Of a DNA stretch of 64,000 bases, positions 43,501-53,776 are shown in pieces; the first letter of the stretch is position 1; the number at the start of each line of letters is the position of its first letter. The DNA is taken from positions 448,001 through 512,000 of the forward strand of contig CAWHTE010000004.1 in the NCBI GenBank assembly GCA_963832165.1, written 5' to 3'. The translations under genes were made by a program, and so were the position numbers. The notes beneath the pieces were generated by a model. It ran no database searches and was not told where the DNA came from. It worked only from the letters and a program-made list of their open reading frames with translations. This DNA comes from an uncultured delta proteobacterium (lineage in GTDB: Bacteria > Myxococcota_A > UBA9160 > SMWR01).

Positions 43501-43560
43501 GGGTTTTGTTTGTTGTTAGAGAGTGTGAGTTTTGTGTTAGTAGATTGTTGTTTTTTGTTG
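40535..43560. other. Cytosine-free tract on the + strand (apparent C-to-T conversion)
   Basis: About 20 C in ~3,025 nt by eye, against roughly one third C in the flanks. Dominant words TGTG, TTGAG and GATT match C-to-T versions of the flank words CGCG, TCGAG and GATC. Confidence 0.95.
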
Positions 43561-45415
43561 TTTCCGATGGAAACAGGTGTGATGTGGGTTGATTTCTGGG
43601 GTGTATTGGGTTTTTAGTAGGTGTTTGTTGTGTTGTATCGGCTAAGATTTACCGCGCTTCTTACTAGAAGGGTTATGGCTGATTCAAGAGGATCAGTTTG
43701 CGGCGAGTGACGGTCACTTCTCATCGCTCAGAGCGCGCATAGACGCTCTCGGGAGCGCTCGGGAAGATCTCTCAGGGCTTCTACTTCGGCGGCGAGGTCT
43801 CTTTCAGCACCTCACAGACGCTCGCTTGAAGCTCCGCTAGGTGGAACTTGAGGGTTACTCGGCGAGCTCTATAGTGTCGGCGTGTGCTCTTCTTCCGCTC
43901 AGGTCAGGACTTTGGCACCGGGTAAGGTCTCATCGTGGATAATCTGAGTAGACGTTCTGCTGAGGCGTGGGATGGGGAGCTAGAAGTGCATAGGGGCGGT
44001 TGAAGGTGACGCGACGCGTTCATCGCGCTCGATTGGCTGTCTGATAGAGGTATGGGCGACTCGAAGCAGGATCTCCTTAGGCTCTCACGCGGTCTGAAGT
44101 CGAGGCTCTCACCCCCACAGTTGGCGGTCACTCGTACGCGGTCTGAAGTACAGCGTGCGAAGACAGCGTGAGAGCAGTAGGCGAGCGAGCTATCTGCGGT
44201 GTGTCGACTCACGTACGGAACATGATGACGTGAGGCTTTAATTGGGTGGAGCGTGCTGCCTTCACGGGACGTGATGGTGGTTCGAGGTCTACTCACGCTC
44301 CTAAGGGATCTCTGAGGCGCTGCTGGACGCTGGAGGTGTCGCTAGGTGAGTCACACGATCACGGCGTCACTCGCGGGGATGCTCTCGATCGCGTCGACGC
44401 GGTATCCAAGAACGCTAATCTTCTCGACGCTCGCGTAGGAGCTCGAGCGGTTCGCGACGTGGCGGGTGACGTGTGTAGCGCTTCAGCTTGCGTAGTGATT
44501 GTGGTTATGTCTCTGTCAGAGTGGTGTTCTCGCGCCTTCAGCGCGTAGAAGTCGCAGGCGCTATGAGGCGTCTAGCACGATGACACGCGACAGTGCGTGG
44601 GGATCTTGACGTGAACTGCACGAGCGTTTCTCGATTCTTCGGTGTAGATTGTGCGTCACAGCGCGAACTGAACTAAACGCTTGAAGTCACGAGCACGTTA
44701 TAGGCGGCCTGCTGCTCTTGCGACGGTTTTTGTCGCTTACGAGCGCATCGGGGTCTCTAGGGGACTGAGGGTGAGCTTGGAGCGTTGCGTTCTTGGCAGC
44801 GACGTGAGTTTTCGAACTCGCGCGGAGCCACGCTACGGCGTCTCGAAGTTCTCTCGCACGTCTCAGGTGACGTCGATGCGTGCGTCTCGAGCTATCGCAG
44901 AGCGCTCTCAATGTCACCAAGCATGGCACGAGAGCTGGTGACAAGCAAGCTTTTGTTCAGATCATCACGTCACGCTCTACAAGCTCGCGTGGGGGTGCGT
45001 TAGTAGTTCGGCTTGATGCGTTTGACGCGTCAAGCTTCAACGCTGGTGAGTGGTGAGCAGAATCGGTGCGACTGTCAGTTCGCGTAGCAGGCAACGAGGT
45101 ATAGCGCTGAGCATCTTTCTCTGAGAGGCGCTGTGTCGCGCGTGTCAGCTTTGTCTTCGCGTTACGTCTTTCGGTGATATAGGTTGATCGCCTCTGCTGG
45201 TACGCTTTTCTCGTCGACGAGAGCTCGCCACAGGTCACAGAGCTTCTCGACTTGTTCGGTCAGGATCGTCACGCGTTACGTTGCGTTTTTTCACGTTGCA
45301 TCGTCGCGAGCCAGCTGATCACGTCGCGCGTCTTGCTCAGGTCACAGTCCGCTAGCGGGAACGTTTGACGTAACGATACTTCTCGGACTCGGCAAGGATC
45401 CAGCTTCTTCTACCT
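43561..45415. other. Partially C-to-T converted, degraded tract
   Basis: C returns, but CC is scarce, GC content is lower than in the flanks and no credible long ORF is present. Confidence 0.8.
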
Positions 45416-45486
45416 ATGCGCATGCGCTCTCCTGAGAATGCGCGCCGCGCGACCCGTCGATCGGTTTCGTCGTCCGGTCGGCACGA

Positions 45487-46787
45487 TCACTCGAGTCGGT
45501 CGACAGAGGCTCCGAGGGCTGGAGACGGCGATTCCGCTCGCCGGCGCTCGAGGAAGTGCCGCTCCGAGGCGTCGCGGCACAGCTCGATCGCGCGCGCGTA
45601 GGCCGCGCGCGCTTCGTCGCGGCGGCCGGCCTGGCGCAGCAGGTCCGCGCGCGCGGCGTGATAGGGCTGATAGGCGTCGAGCCGCGCACCCGTGCGCGCG
45701 TCCGACGCGAGCGGCTCGAGCAGCGCGAGGCCCGCGTCTGCACCGCGCGCGCGACTCTCGGCGACTGCGCGGTTCACGCGCACGACCGGGGACGGGTGCA
45801 GCGCCTCGAGCTCGGCATAGAGCGCCGCGATCGCGGACCACGGGGTGTCGGCGCCGGTCGGCGCGGTGGCGTGCGCGGCCGCGATCGCGGCCTGGATCCG
45901 GTACGGCCCGCGCGCGCGGCATTCCGCCGCGCGCGACAGCGCCGCGAGCCCCTCGCGCAGCTCGCCCGCGTGCCAGCGCGCGCGATCCTGCTCGTCGAGC
46001 GGCACGAGCGCACCGTCGGCGCCCACGCGCGCGTCGCGCCGCGCGTGGTGCAGGAGCATCAGCGCGCCCAGCGCGTGCACCTCGCCCTCCGCCGGAATCA
46101 GCGCCGCGAGCACGCGCGCGAGCCGGATCGCCTCGGCGCACAGCGCGCGGCGCTCGTCGGCGGAGGCACCCGTCGCGCTGTAGCCCTCGTTGAAGATCAG
46201 GTAGACGTCACGGCGAGCACGGAGTGGAGCCGCGTCGACCACTCGTCGGGCGGCGGCACGCGAAACGGGATCTGCGCGTCGCGGATCTTGTGCTTGGCGC
46301 GCTCGAGCCGCTTGGCCATCGTGGGCTCGGGCACGAGGAACGAGCGCGCGACCGCCGCGGTGGAGAGGCCGCCGAGCGTGCGCAGCGTGAGCGCCACGCG
46401 CGCTTCGGGCGCCAGCGCGGGATGGCAGCACGTGAAGATCAGGCGCAGCCGTTCGTCGGGCACGTCCGTCTCCTCTTCGGGCTCTGCGTCGCGCTCCGCG
46501 AGCCGCGCGAGCTCGCTCTCGCGCAGCGCGGGGCTCTTGCTCGTGCGCATCGCGCCGTGGCGCAGCCGATCGATCGCGCGCCGGCGCGCCGCCGTGGTGA
46601 GCCAGGCCGCGGGGCGCTGCGGCACGCCGTCGCGAGGCCAGCGCTCGAGCGCGATCAGGGCTGCTTCCTGGAACGCCTCCTCTGCGAGGTCGAGATCTCC
46701 GCAGCTCGCGACGAGCGCCGCGAGCACGAGGCCCGCCTCCTCGCGGATCGTCTGCTCGAGCGCTGCTCTCCCGGCATCTCCGGTCAC
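45487..46787 (-). CDS. ECF sigma factor with C-terminal TPR/DUF6596 extension (frameshift near 46205)
   Basis: DLAEEAFQEA, DERLRLIFTCCHPAL, YLIFNEGY, LVPLDEQDRARW and SPVVRVNRAVA. Confidence 0.9.
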
Positions 46788-46815
46788 GAGCGCGAGGATA
46801 GGTCGGCCTCCGAGA

Positions 46816-47167
46816 TCAATGGCTGTCGGGATGCTGCGGTCGCACCTCGACGGTGCCCGCGCGCGAGAGCGGACAGCGCTTCGCCCAGCCGAGCGCCGCG
46901 TCGAGATCCGCGACATCGATCAGCGCGAAGCCACCCAGGATCTCCTTGGTCTCGGCGAACGGACCGTCGGTGATCAGCACCTCGTCTCCGTCGTGCCGCA
47001 CGGACGTGGCGGTCTGGACGGGCGCCAGGCGCAGCCCACCGCGCAGCACGTCCGCGTCGCGCAGCGAGCTTCATCCAGGTGTCCATCTGGGCCAGCCAGT
47101 CCTGTCGGACTTCGGGTGCGAGCTCGGAGAAGCGGTCGGGCGTGTAGAAGAGCAGGGCGTATTGCAT
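46816..47167 (-). CDS. YCII-related (DGPF) protein (frameshift near 47070)
   Basis: MQYALLFY...ITDGPFAETKEILGGF...VEVRP; the usual partner of this ECF group. Confidence 0.9.
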
Positions 47168-47176
47168 GACTTCCTC

Positions 47177-47790
47177 CTACGACACCGCGGTCTTGAACGA
47201 CGGCCGCGCCGCGAGCGCGCGCGAAATAGCGCGCGGTGCGCGGCCAGCGCGCCGCGCGCGAGCTCTTCGCCCGTGAACGAGAGATTGAGCAGCTGGGCTC
47301 CGACGGCGATGTCGGCGATGCCGAAGCGCGGCAGCAGCGATTCGCGGTCTTCCGGTACACGCGACTCGAGGTAGTCGAACATCTCCGGGAGCCGCGCCCG
47401 GAACTCGTTCGCGCGCGCGTGATCGGGCTCCTGATGGAGGATGGTCGGCTTGATGAAGATCTCGAAGTTGATCCCGCCGATCACCTCGGCCATGCGCGAA
47501 TCGGCGTACTCCTCGAGGAAGAGCGCTGCCGCGAGCTCCACGGCGTCCTGCGGGTAGAGCGCGGGCGTGGGGTGCTTGCGCTCGAGATAGGCGCAGATCA
47601 CGGATGAATCGGGCACGACGACGTCGCCGTCGCGCAGGATCGGGATCTTGCCCAGCGGGTGCAGCGCGAGCAGCTCCGGGGTCTTGGGCACGGGAACCAG
47701 GTTCTCGATCTCGTAGGGGAGACCCTTCTCTTCGAGCGCGATCCGGACCTTGCGCACGAACGGGGAGCGCGAGCCACCGAGCAGCTTCAT
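47177..47790 (-). CDS. Glutathione S-transferase family protein (frameshifted C-terminus)
   Basis: SPFVRKVRIALEEK, HPLGKIPIL, DSSVICAYLE, FGIADIA and ARPSF. Confidence 0.9.
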
Positions 47791-47933
47791 GGGGTTCTCC
47801 TGGCATGGGGTGGGCCGGGGAATCGGCCGCCCATCGACTACGACGAGCGAGGATCCCGCAGAACGACAGGTGGCGCAGCTCCGCGAGAATCCAGCGGGAA
47901 TTTCGTATGCTGGGCCGGTCGAAGGGGGGCGGG

Positions 47934-48387
47934 ATGGGCCTGGTCGAACGGGTCTCCGAGCAGATGAAGGCGGCGCAGAAAGCGCGCGACGCCGCGAAGC
48001 TGTCCGCGCTGCGCAACGTGCGCGCGGCGCTGCTCCACGAGATGAAGAAGGACGGCTCCGAGACGCTCGACGACGCCGTCGCGACCGCCGTGCTGCGGCG
48101 GCTCGCCAAGCAGCGCGAGGAGAGCATCGCGGCGTTCGAGAGGCGCGGGCCGGTCGGACCGCGCCGAAGCCGAGCGCGCCGAGAAGGCCCTGATCGACGC
48201 GTTCCTGCCGCGGCTCGCCGACGAGGCGACCACGCGCGCGTGGGTGCAGGCCGCGATCGCCGAGACGGGCGCCGCGAGCGCGCGCGACCTCGGCCGCGTG
48301 ATGGGCGCGCTCATGAAGGCGCACAAGGACGACGTGGACGGCACGCTCGCGCGCAAGATCGCAACGGAATTGCTCCCGAGCGCCTAG
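47934..48387 (+). CDS. GatB/YqeY domain protein (frameshift near 48145)
   Basis: QMKAAQKARD...KQREESIAAF, then E...IDAFLP...DLGRVMGALMK...DG. Confidence 0.88.
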
Positions 48388-48561
48388 CGCGAGCCGACCT
48401 GGCGCGGACGGACTAGCTTCGCCGCGCCATGCCGAGTCTGTCTCCGGCCGAGCTCGCGCGTGCGCTCGTGGGCGGCTTCGATGCATGGAAGGGCGCCGGG
48501 CTCGAGGTCGAGCGGAAGTAGGCGGTTTGCGATCGCGCGCGCGCCCGCGCACTCTTCCGTG

Positions 48562-50082
48562 ATGGACACGCGAGCCGAGATCGCCACGGGACGCCTGCGC
48601 GGTGCGCGCGACCGCGGCGCCGTGGTGTTTCGCGGCATCCCGTATGCGCGACCGCCCGTCGGCGAGCGCGCGTTTCGCGCGCCCGAGCCGCCCGACCCGT
48701 GGTCGGGCGTGCGCGCGGCGATCTACTTCGGCGCGGCGGCGCCGCAGTTCGTGCCGCCGATGCGGATCATGCGCAACCTGATCGGCGTCCCCACGGATCG
48801 TCAGTCGCAGGACTGCCTCACGCTGAACGTGTGGACGCCGGCGCCCGACGCGGCGCGCCGCCCCGTGATGGTCTGGATCCACGGCGGTGCGTTCGTGATG
48901 GGTACGGGCGCCACGTTCCTCTACCACGGCGCGCGGCTCGCGCGGCGCGGCGACGTGGTGGTCGTGACGATCAACTATCGGCTCGGCGCGCTCGGATTCC
49001 TGAATCATCCGGAGCTCCGCGCGCGCGGCATCGACGCAAACCTGGGGATCCGCGACCAGATCCGCGCGCTCGAGTGGGTGCGCGAGAACATCGGCGCGTT
49101 CGGTGGCGACCCGGACAACGTGACGATCTTCGGCGAATCCGCGGGTGGGATGAGCGTGGGCACGCTGCTCGCCGCACCCGCGGCGCGCGGTCTGTTCCAC
49201 CGCGCGATCCTCCAGAGCGGCGCGATGCACCACGTGGCGAACGAGGCGGAGGCAGCGCGCGTGGCGGAGATCTTCCTGGGCGCGGTCGGACTCTCGCCGC
49301 ACGACGCGAAGGCGGTGCGGCAGCTGCGCACATCCGAGATCCAGCGCGCGCAACAGCTCACGGCGATGCAGATCGGGATGGGGCAGGGGCTCTTGCCGTG
49401 GCAGCCCAGCGTGGATGGCGACGTGCTCCCGCGCACCGCGCTCGAAGCGCTCGACAAGGGCGAGGTCGCGCGCGTGCCCACGCTCGTGGGCAGCAATCGC
49501 GACGAGTGGCGCCTGTTCACGCTCTTCGATCCGCGCAGCCGCAATCTCGCGGAGCCGGACCTCCGACGCCGGCTCACGCGCCAGCTCGGCAGCGAGCGCG
49601 AAGCCGACACGGCGATGGAGGTGTATCGCGCCGCGCAGCGCGGGCGCCGTTCACCCGGGCGGCTCTGGGAGGCCGTGCAGAGCGACCGCGTGTTCCACCA
49701 CCCCGCCCAGCGCGCGGCCGACGGTCTCGCGGAGCTGGGCGTGCCGGTGTGGCGCTATCTGTTCTCGTGGCGGCCGCCGCTGATCGGCAGCCGGATCGGC
49801 TCGGGACACGGCATGGAGCTGCCGTTCGTGTTCGGCACGCTCAGCGACGGCATCCTGCGCCGCACGCTCGGCGCCTCGCCCTCGGCGCAGCGGCTCTCGC
49901 GGCGCATGCGCGACGCGTGGGTCGCGTTCGCACGCTCGGGTGCTCCGGGTCACGAGCGCCTGCCCGAGTGGGCCGCCTACGAAGCGCGCGACCGCGCGAC
50001 GCTCGAGTTCAACCGCGACTCTGCGCTGATCCGCGCGCCGTTTGCCTCGGAGTCGGCGTTCTGGCGGACGCGGCTCGGATGA
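48562..50082 (+). CDS. Carboxylesterase, type B
   Basis: FRGIPYARPPVG, DCLTLNVW, WIHGG, FGESAGG and HGMELPFVFG. Confidence 0.95.
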   Translation: MDTRAEIATGRLRGARDRGAVVFRGIPYARPPVGERAFRAPEPPDPWSGVRAAIYFGAAAPQFVPPMRIMRNLIGVPTDRQSQDCLTLNVWTPAPDAARRPVMVWIHGGAFVMGTGATFLYHGARLARRGDVVVVTINYRLGALGFLNHPELRARGIDANLGIRDQIRALEWVRENIGAFGGDPDNVTIFGESAGGMSVGTLLAAPAARGLFHRAILQSGAMHHVANEAEAARVAEIFLGAVGLSPHDAKAVRQLRTSEIQRAQQLTAMQIGMGQGLLPWQPSVDGDVLPRTALEALDKGEVARVPTLVGSNRDEWRLFTLFDPRSRNLAEPDLRRRLTRQLGSEREADTAMEVYRAAQRGRRSPGRLWEAVQSDRVFHHPAQRAADGLAELGVPVWRYLFSWRPPLIGSRIGSGHGMELPFVFGTLSDGILRRTLGASPSAQRLSRRMRDAWVAFARSGAPGHERLPEWAAYEARDRATLEFNRDSALIRAPFASESAFWRTRLG

Positions 50083-50086
50083 GCGC

Positions 50087-50746
50087 GTGGCGACGGCGGT
50101 AGACCGCGACTACGTCCCCGCCGCGCCGCAGCTCTGGCTCTACGATTTCCTCGCGATCGTGCTCGCGCGCGCGCCGCGCTGGCGCCGTGCGCTGCTCGCG
50201 CAGATCGCGCCGCGCGAAGGGGACGTGATCGCGGACGTGGGCTGCGGCACGGGCACGCAGCTCGTGAAGATCGGCCGCAGTGCGCGCGGCGTGACGCTGA
50301 TCGGCATCGATCCCGACCCGGACGTGCTGCTGCGCGCGCGCCGCAAGACCGCCGCGGCGCGCGTCGTCGTGGGTCTTTCGCGCGGCTATGCGCGCGACGC
50401 CGCCGAGCTGCTGCGCGACCGCGGCGTGAACAAGATCGTCTCGAGCCTCGTGTTCCACCAGGTTCCGCTCGCCGAGAAGGTGGCCGGCCTCGCGGCGATG
50501 CGCGGGGCGCTCGTGCCGGGCGGCGAGCTTCATGTGGCGGATTATGGGCTGCAGCGTACCCCCCTGATGCGTAAGCTGTTTCGCGTGGTCCAGGCCGGCG
50601 ACGGCTTCGACAACACCGAGCCCAACGCGCGCGGCGTGCTGCCCGACCTGATGAGCCGGGTCGGCTTTCGCAGCGTCGAAGAGACGCTCGTGATCCCGAC
50701 TCCGACGGGATCGGTCTCGCTCTATCGCGCGGAGCGCGGGCGCTAG
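50087..50746 (+). CDS. Class I SAM-dependent methyltransferase
   Basis: DVGCGTG and SSLVFH...LVPGGELHVADY; start approximate. Confidence 0.88.
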   Translation: MATAVDRDYVPAAPQLWLYDFLAIVLARAPRWRRALLAQIAPREGDVIADVGCGTGTQLVKIGRSARGVTLIGIDPDPDVLLRARRKTAAARVVVGLSRGYARDAAELLRDRGVNKIVSSLVFHQVPLAEKVAGLAAMRGALVPGGELHVADYGLQRTPLMRKLFRVVQAGDGFDNTEPNARGVLPDLMSRVGFRSVEETLVIPTPTGSVSLYRAERGR

Positions 50747-50791
50747 CGGCGCGCGCGGATCTCGGCGCACCGTCGGTGCTATACCCGGCGC

Positions 50792-51846
50792 GTGAACGCT
50801 GCGGATCGCCCGCTGCTCTGGAATCGCCGGGAAGTGCTCCAGGCGGCCGCCGCGTCGGCGCTGTCGCTGGGAGCGCTGGGTCCGCTCGCGTGCGGGGGCG
50901 CCAGACGAGAGGGCGAGCCGCTGATCGTGGGCGGCCTGCCCGTGACCTGCAATCTCACGCTGCCGGTCGCGTGCGTCGCCCGGGCCGAAAGCAACCGCTC
51001 CGCCGGCCCCGGGACACCGCCCTTCGCCTACGAGTACCGCAAGTTCAGCGGCTGGCCCGAGATCAAGGAATCGCTGATGGCCGGGCGGATCTCGGCCGGA
51101 TACATGCTCGCGCCGCTCGTGATGGATCTCGCAGACGAGAGATCCCGATCAAGATCGTGTCGCTGGGGCACCGGTCGGGCGCCGTGATCATGGTGCGCAC
51201 GGATTCCACCTACGAGCACTTCCGGCAGCTCGAGGGCAAGCGGATCGCGATCCCGAGCCGGTTCGCCGTCGACTTCCTGTTCCTGCGCAAGATGCTCGCG
51301 CGCGAGAACATGACCACGTCGCAGCTCGAGATCGTCGAGATGCCGCCGCCCGACATGCCCGCCGCGCTCTACGCCAACGCGGTGGACGCCTACTGCACCG
51401 GAGAGCCGTTCGGCGCTGCGGCCCAGCGTGCGGGCTATGCGCGGCCGCTGCGCATGACGCGCGACGAGTGGCGCAACTACATCTGCTGTGTGCTCACGGT
51501 GCGCGAGGAGCTGATCCACGAGAATCGCGCGCTCGTGCAGGACCTCGTGAACCACGTGCTCGGCGCGGGAGTGTGGCTCGATGCGAAGCAGGAGAACCGC
51601 GACAAGGCGATCGCGATCGCGGCGGGCAACGACTACTTCCATCAGGATCCGGAGGTGCTGCGCTTCGTGATGGAGAACCCGACCGATCGCGTCACCTACG
51701 GCGACCTGCGCATGATCCGCGAGGAGTTCGACGAGCTCATGCAGCTCTCGATCGCGGCGGGCACGATCGCGCGGCCGGTCCCCTACGAGACCTACCTCGA
51801 CGAGAGCTTCGTGCGCGATGCGCAACCGACCTCGATCGCGATCTGA
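50792..51846 (+). CDS. NrtA/CmpA/SsuA-type substrate-binding protein with Tat-like leader (frameshift near 51140)
   Basis: NRREVLQ leader; GLPVTCNLTLPVAC, GWPEIKE, YMLAPL, MPPPDM, GEPF and YICCVL. Confidence 0.82.
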
Positions 51847-51849
51847 GCG

Positions 51850-52415
51850 GCGCGCGCTCGCGCTGCTGCTGCTCGCGGCGGCCGCGGTCGATCGCGGGCG
51901 ACGCGCCGGAGCTGCGCGCGGGGGTGTTCGATCCGCCGCGCTCGGCGCCGGAATTCACGCTGCGCGGCTCGCACGGCGGGCCGCTCGAGCTGAGCCGATT
52001 CCGCGGCAAGGTGGTGATCCTCGAGTTCGGCTTCACCTCGTGTCCCGACGTCTGCCCGAGGACGCTCGCCGCGCTGGCCTCGGTGAAGAAGAAGCTCGGG
52101 GCGCGCGCGGGCGAGGTGCAGGTGGTGTTCATCACGGTGGATCCCGAGCGCGACGATCCCGAGCGCCTGCGCACCCACCTCGCGAAGTTCGATCCGACGT
52201 TCCTCGGCGGCACCGGCACCGCCGAGCAGCTCGAGGCGGTGCGCGCGGAATACGGGATCGCCGCCGAGCGCGTGGTTGCGGGCAACAGCTACGCGTTCAG
52301 CCATTCGTCCTTCACGTACCTGATCGATCGCGCGGGCAGCCTGCGCGCGCTGATGCCGTACGGGAGCTCGGCCGACGACTACGTGCACGATCTCCTGATC
52401 CTGCTCGCGCCGTGA
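51850..52415 (+). CDS. SCO1/SenC-family copper-binding protein (N-terminus frameshifted, start approximate)
   Basis: FGFTSCPDVCP, TVDPERD and HSSFTYLID. Confidence 0.92.
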
Positions 52416-52829
52416 CGCGCCGGGGCAGGGCGCTGCTCGCGATCGCGGTCGGCGCGCTCGCGGCGCTCGCGTGGCCCGCGTTCGCCCCGATCCGCACGAC
52501 TTCGCACGAAGAGCTGTTCTCGATTCCGAAGGGAACGTGGGCGCAGCGCATGGCGGGGAATCCCGTCGAGATCCTGCCCAGCGAGATCCGGCTCACGCTC
52601 GGCGTACGCGACGTGCTGCTGCTGCGAGAACCACGACGACGTGCCGCAGATCTTCGGGCCCACGCTCCTGATGCCCGGGCAGAGCTTCCGGCTGCCGTTC
52701 GCCGTGGCGTCGGATCACGTCTTCACGTGCACCGCGCACGCGAGCGGAAAGATGACCGTGGTGGTCGAGCCGTTCCCCGAAACGCCGTGGGCGCGGCTCG
52801 CCTGGCGCGTGCGCGAGCTCCGGAAGTGA
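52412..52829 (+). CDS. Small membrane-anchored cupredoxin-like protein (frameshift near 52625)
   Basis: N-terminal transmembrane helix; LENHDDVPQIFGP...PGQSFRLPF...FTCTAHASGKM (C-x2-H-x4-M). Confidence 0.6.
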
Positions 52830-53242
52830 GGGCGGTGCGCGTCGCGGCGATCGTCGCGCTCGCGCTCGCCGCGGTGGCCGCCGCCACGTACCTGGCCGGT
52901 GAGCAGACCGAGGTGGTCGTGATTCGCACACTCGACGGCGACGGCACCTCGTACGACACGAAGGTCTGGGTCGTCGACCACGAGGGCGTTCCGTGGGTGC
53001 GCGTCGCTCAACCCGAGCGGTTCTGGTTCCAGAGGCTCTCGCGCAATCCGCACGTGCGTCTGATCCGCGCCGGTGTCGAGCAGGCCGTGATCGCGCGGCC
53101 CCAGGACACCCCCGAGGCGCGCGCGGTCATCGACCAGCGCTTCCGCGAGCGGTACGGCGCCGTCGACTGGTGGTACGGTGTGCTGGTTCGCCGGCACGCG
53201 ATTCCCGTCCGGCTCGATCCCGATCCCGGAGAGACCCCCTGA
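52826..53242 (+). CDS. Split-barrel (DUF2255/DUF385-like) exported protein
   Basis: TKVWVVDHEG...WFQRLSRNPHVRL...FRERYG pattern. Confidence 0.65.
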   Translation: MRAVRVAAIVALALAAVAAATYLAGEQTEVVVIRTLDGDGTSYDTKVWVVDHEGVPWVRVAQPERFWFQRLSRNPHVRLIRAGVEQAVIARPQDTPEARAVIDQRFRERYGAVDWWYGVLVRRHAIPVRLDPDPGETP

Positions 53243-53256
53243 TGTCGCGGAGGTGC

Positions 53257-53760
53257 ATGATGGATCCCAGATTCTTCGTCGTACTCGCGAGCGCGCTCGT
53301 CGTGCTCGGTTGTGTCGATCCCGCGGATCGCCGTCCGGGGCTGTGGCTCTCCGGTGAGGTCGAGACGGCACCCGTGACGGACTGGTCGTTCACGGAAGAG
53401 CAGCGCGAGATCTTTCTCGAGACCCGGACCTGGTACGGAGTCCGGCACTCGGTCACGGTCGTGTGCGCCACCCACGGCGGCGCGCTCTACGTCCCCTCGC
53501 TCTATTACGAAGGCGGGGAGTTCCCTGACAAGCGCCACTGGCACCGCAACGTCGCGCGCGATCCGCGCGTGCGGCTCGAGATCGGGGATCGCCTCTACGA
53601 GCGGCGCGCCGTGCTCGTGACCGATCCCGCGGAATGGAACGAGGTGCTCGCGGCGTTCGCGCGCAAGATGCCGTTCTGGCAGGAGCTCGCGAGCAAGCCC
53701 GAATCCGAGCGGCCGAAGCTCATCTTCATGCGCATGGACGCGCCGGCGGACGCGGCCTGA
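53257..53760 (+). CDS. Split-barrel (DUF2255-like) lipoprotein
   Basis: Lipobox VLGC; PGLWLSGE, HSVTV and WHRNVARDPRVRLEIG. Confidence 0.65.
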   Translation: MMDPRFFVVLASALVVLGCVDPADRRPGLWLSGEVETAPVTDWSFTEEQREIFLETRTWYGVRHSVTVVCATHGGALYVPSLYYEGGEFPDKRHWHRNVARDPRVRLEIGDRLYERRAVLVTDPAEWNEVLAAFARKMPFWQELASKPESERPKLIFMRMDAPADAA

Positions 53761-53776
53761 CGGGGTCTGGGGCGCG

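Noticed and set aside
43904..45238. Short ORFs in the partly converted zone
   Set aside because: Ser/Arg-rich, lacking host codon bias and motifs.
40535..45415. Horizontally acquired low-GC island, prophage or telomere-like TG repeat
   Set aside because: Only C is lost, on one strand. There is no periodic unit and no credible ORF, and the word content mirrors converted host DNA.
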